Assembly (NCBI RefSeq): GCF_006345805.1
Contig: NC_043022.1
Coordinates: 4,092,001 to 4,156,000 of the forward strand
DNA: 64,000 nt
Origin: Octopus sinensis
Lineage: Eukaryota
Direction of reading: 5' to 3'
Shown here one piece after another: positions 61,423 through 64,000 of the stretch. The translations under genes were made by a program, and so were the position numbers. The notes under the pieces were generated by a model, which saw only the letters and a list, made by a program, of their open reading frames with translations, did not search any database and was not told the origin of the DNA. Numbering within the stretch: position 1 is the first letter of the stretch; the number at the start of each line of letters is the position of its first letter.

Positions 61423-63070
61423 ATTGCTAAACCTTGGCAAGTTCCATGTTGACAGCCAGTTTATTGAAATTCATTAAAACTTCAATATGGGACGAAATAT
61501 CAGACTTATATAAATAAATGCTTTTTACTGTATATTGTCCACCTTTAGTCATCAACACTAGTTGCAAAAGTGCATTAAGCTTACCAACATCCTACACTTG
61601 GACACCTGGATCACACTCTCCCTCTTTTTCTACACACACACAAACACACCTGGTTAATATATATGTTTAAACATTGTTGGTACATATATATTTATATGGT
61701 TAATGTAAACACATACATGGTTAATATAAACACCTATACATGTTAATATAAACGATTATACATGTTAAATATATACATTCATACGTGCAGTCATTCGTAA
61801 TGTAACAACAAAAGCTGGGATGAGGGAAGAAACACAAAAATAAAACTCCTTTTATTTAATGCCAACAAACGGTATATTATATATTCCACAGTTTGCGACT
61901 ACTGCAGTAAAGTCATTACAAGGTGTGGAATAAATAAACAGTCGTGGATAGAGAAAGATTTCCTTTTTTTGTTTTTTTTCTACCAAAATCTACAAAAACC
62001 CAACATCGTTTTTAATGACCGTATGCAAATTCCTCAGCCATAAAATACTATATTGCTACACATTCCATTAGCATGACACTTTCATGTTTAGTTACTAATA
62101 AACTAATCACATAAAAAGAGCCACTAAACCTACACAGTACAACAACAAAGAAAGAACCAGCGTCGTCGTGAGAGATAGGAGAATGTTTGCTCGAAGCAAA
62201 GATAATTTAATCTGTTTTCAAATTTTGACATAAGAACTAGGAACCTATCTGATACGTTTAATGGACAGACGCAAGAGTATGTTAGGAAATTCTAATCAGT
62301 CGCAGTAAATTAATGTTTATACACAGCCATTACGGGAGGAGGGGGCGTTAGTGTTGATTATAGTTCTTTGTTATGTTCCTTGTTGTCTGGTACCACAGCT
62401 AAAACCAAGGCGGTACTACAACTTGGTTTACGATACTTTAATATGTATGTATGTATACACACACACACACACACACATACGTGTGAAACGTAGATCAAGT
62501 ATGATACAGAGATTACACAATAGCAGTAAAAAGGTTTTAGAATTTGGTAAATTAAATGGAGTCAGAGAGATTGGCGCCATTTAAGTGGTTGGTCAACAGT
62601 CTACTGTGCATGCTGTTTTTAAAGTATCCGCTTAAAATATATTTCGCCGAAGTAGCTTCCTCTCTGACCAGGGAGTTCCTTATGGAACTAAACGACAAAT
62701 TCATTGTCCATTACCCAAATCTACAGCAACCGGAGTGTGAGTTTTACAGCTGGATGCCATCTGAATCCAACCATAAAATGGAGTTTAATAACCCAATCTG
62801 TTGAAGTAGTTTAACCTATAAGTGGCCATTACCCAAACATTCAGGCTAACAATGTTGGCGATTTTCAAATTCACTAAAATGTTATTTGATGATCTAATAC
62901 AGCAATACTGGATTTACTTAAACAAATGCTAACCGCTGTGAACTGGAACTGGAACTTACCGCTGACACCTCGTATTTCACTCAGTCACACTGCCTGCTGT
63001 TTAATTACATGGAAATATAATTCTTTATTTTTGCAATTTTACAATATTTCTTAATTAAACTTTAATATTT

Positions 63071-63455
63071 GGAAACACTCCATCGGTTACGACGACGAGG
63101 GTTCCGGTTGATCCGAATCAACGGAACAGCCTGCTCGTGAAATTAACGTGTAAGTGGCTGAGCACTCCACAGACACGTGTACCCTTTACGTAGTTCTTGG
63201 GGATATTCAGCGTGACACAGAGAGTGACAAGGCCGGCCCTTTGAAATACAGGCACAACAGAAACAGCAAGTAAGAGTGAGAGAAAGTTGCGGTGAAAGAG
63301 TACAGCAGGGATCACCACCATCCCCTGCTGGAGCCTCGTGGAGCTTTAGGTGTTTTTGCTCAATAAACACTCACAACGCCCAGTCTGGGAATCGAAACCG
63401 CGATCCTATGACCGCGAGTCCGCTGCCCTAACCACTGGGCTATTGCGCCTCCAAC
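63071..63455 (-). mobile_element. SINE family C, full length
   Basis: 12-bp TSD ACTTTAATATTT at 63059-63070 and 63456-63467. Confidence 0.9.
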
Positions 63456-64000
63456 ACTTTAATATTTAGCACTCCTTGAACCCATGTCAAAGATACAGAA
63501 TAAAATATTTTCTCAAATTATGAAAATGTACCACCAGGGGTTGCATATGGTGGCTAAGTGAAGTTTGTGGTGAACCACCAGTGGTCCCATGTGGCAGTTA
63601 ATGTGGTAAAGACAACTAAGACTGCCAAACTATTTTCTGGGAGTCGATCACATGATGGAAACACCCAAATTAAACTTAGAACGCCCAACCAAATCACCCT
63701 TATTCAGAAAGGGCTCAGCAGACAAACGAAAAGCTTGACTGTCATGAAATACAAATGGATTGAAAGCAGCTATGTTGTAGCTGTTAGCATTGTATGAGGG
63801 CTCAACTTGGGAAATGCTTTAAACTGCCATCCCTAAAAATTGGTGCTTCCTGGTTGAAAGGCATCACATTGAAAGGAAGATTTACAAACTACATCTGTGT
63901 AGCTAGCAGTTCTTGCTGACAGTACCATTCCCCTCAAAAGTCAAGAAAGACCAGACCACCTTTGAAGTAAGCGCTGTACCGAATAACTTGGTACAATTAC

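Overview
Eukaryotic, AT-rich, intron-dominated DNA. The SINE, MITE and microsatellite content looks cephalopod (Octopus-like); this is inference, not a database match. The only well-supported protein-coding gene is an atrophin/RERE orthologue on the minus strand. Eight internal exons (22467-22605, 20290-20385, 18647-18846, 17512-17697, 15816-15902, 14120-14209, 11705-13473, 577-733) have GT-AG boundaries with compatible phases. They join into a 2724-nt, 908-codon open frame covering the SANT C-terminus, the GATA-type zinc finger, the Pro/Gln-rich region and the start of the atrophin domain. The 3' end lies left of the window. I could not find the BAH/ELM2/SANT-N exons in 22.6-64 kb, so that stretch is probably one very large intron, possibly with internal promoters. 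The rest is at least five tRNA-type SINE families (my own labels A, B, C, D, H), two TTAA-flanked piggyBac-like MITE families, hAT-like MITEs, a CR1 LINE 3' end nested in a decayed R4/Dong-like LINE, minisatellites and microsatellites. The most unusual items are two near-perfect palindromes (150 bp and 66 bp), two intronic minisatellites whose sense-strand units are complementary to 5' splice sites, a SINE that recurs at GGTAT sites and has trimerised through that motif, and a ~9-kb transposon-free, CpG-richer island with exon-like and promoter-like signals. No tRNA, rRNA, CRISPR or prokaryotic features are supported. Repeat boundaries are approximate; exon boundaries were read to the base.
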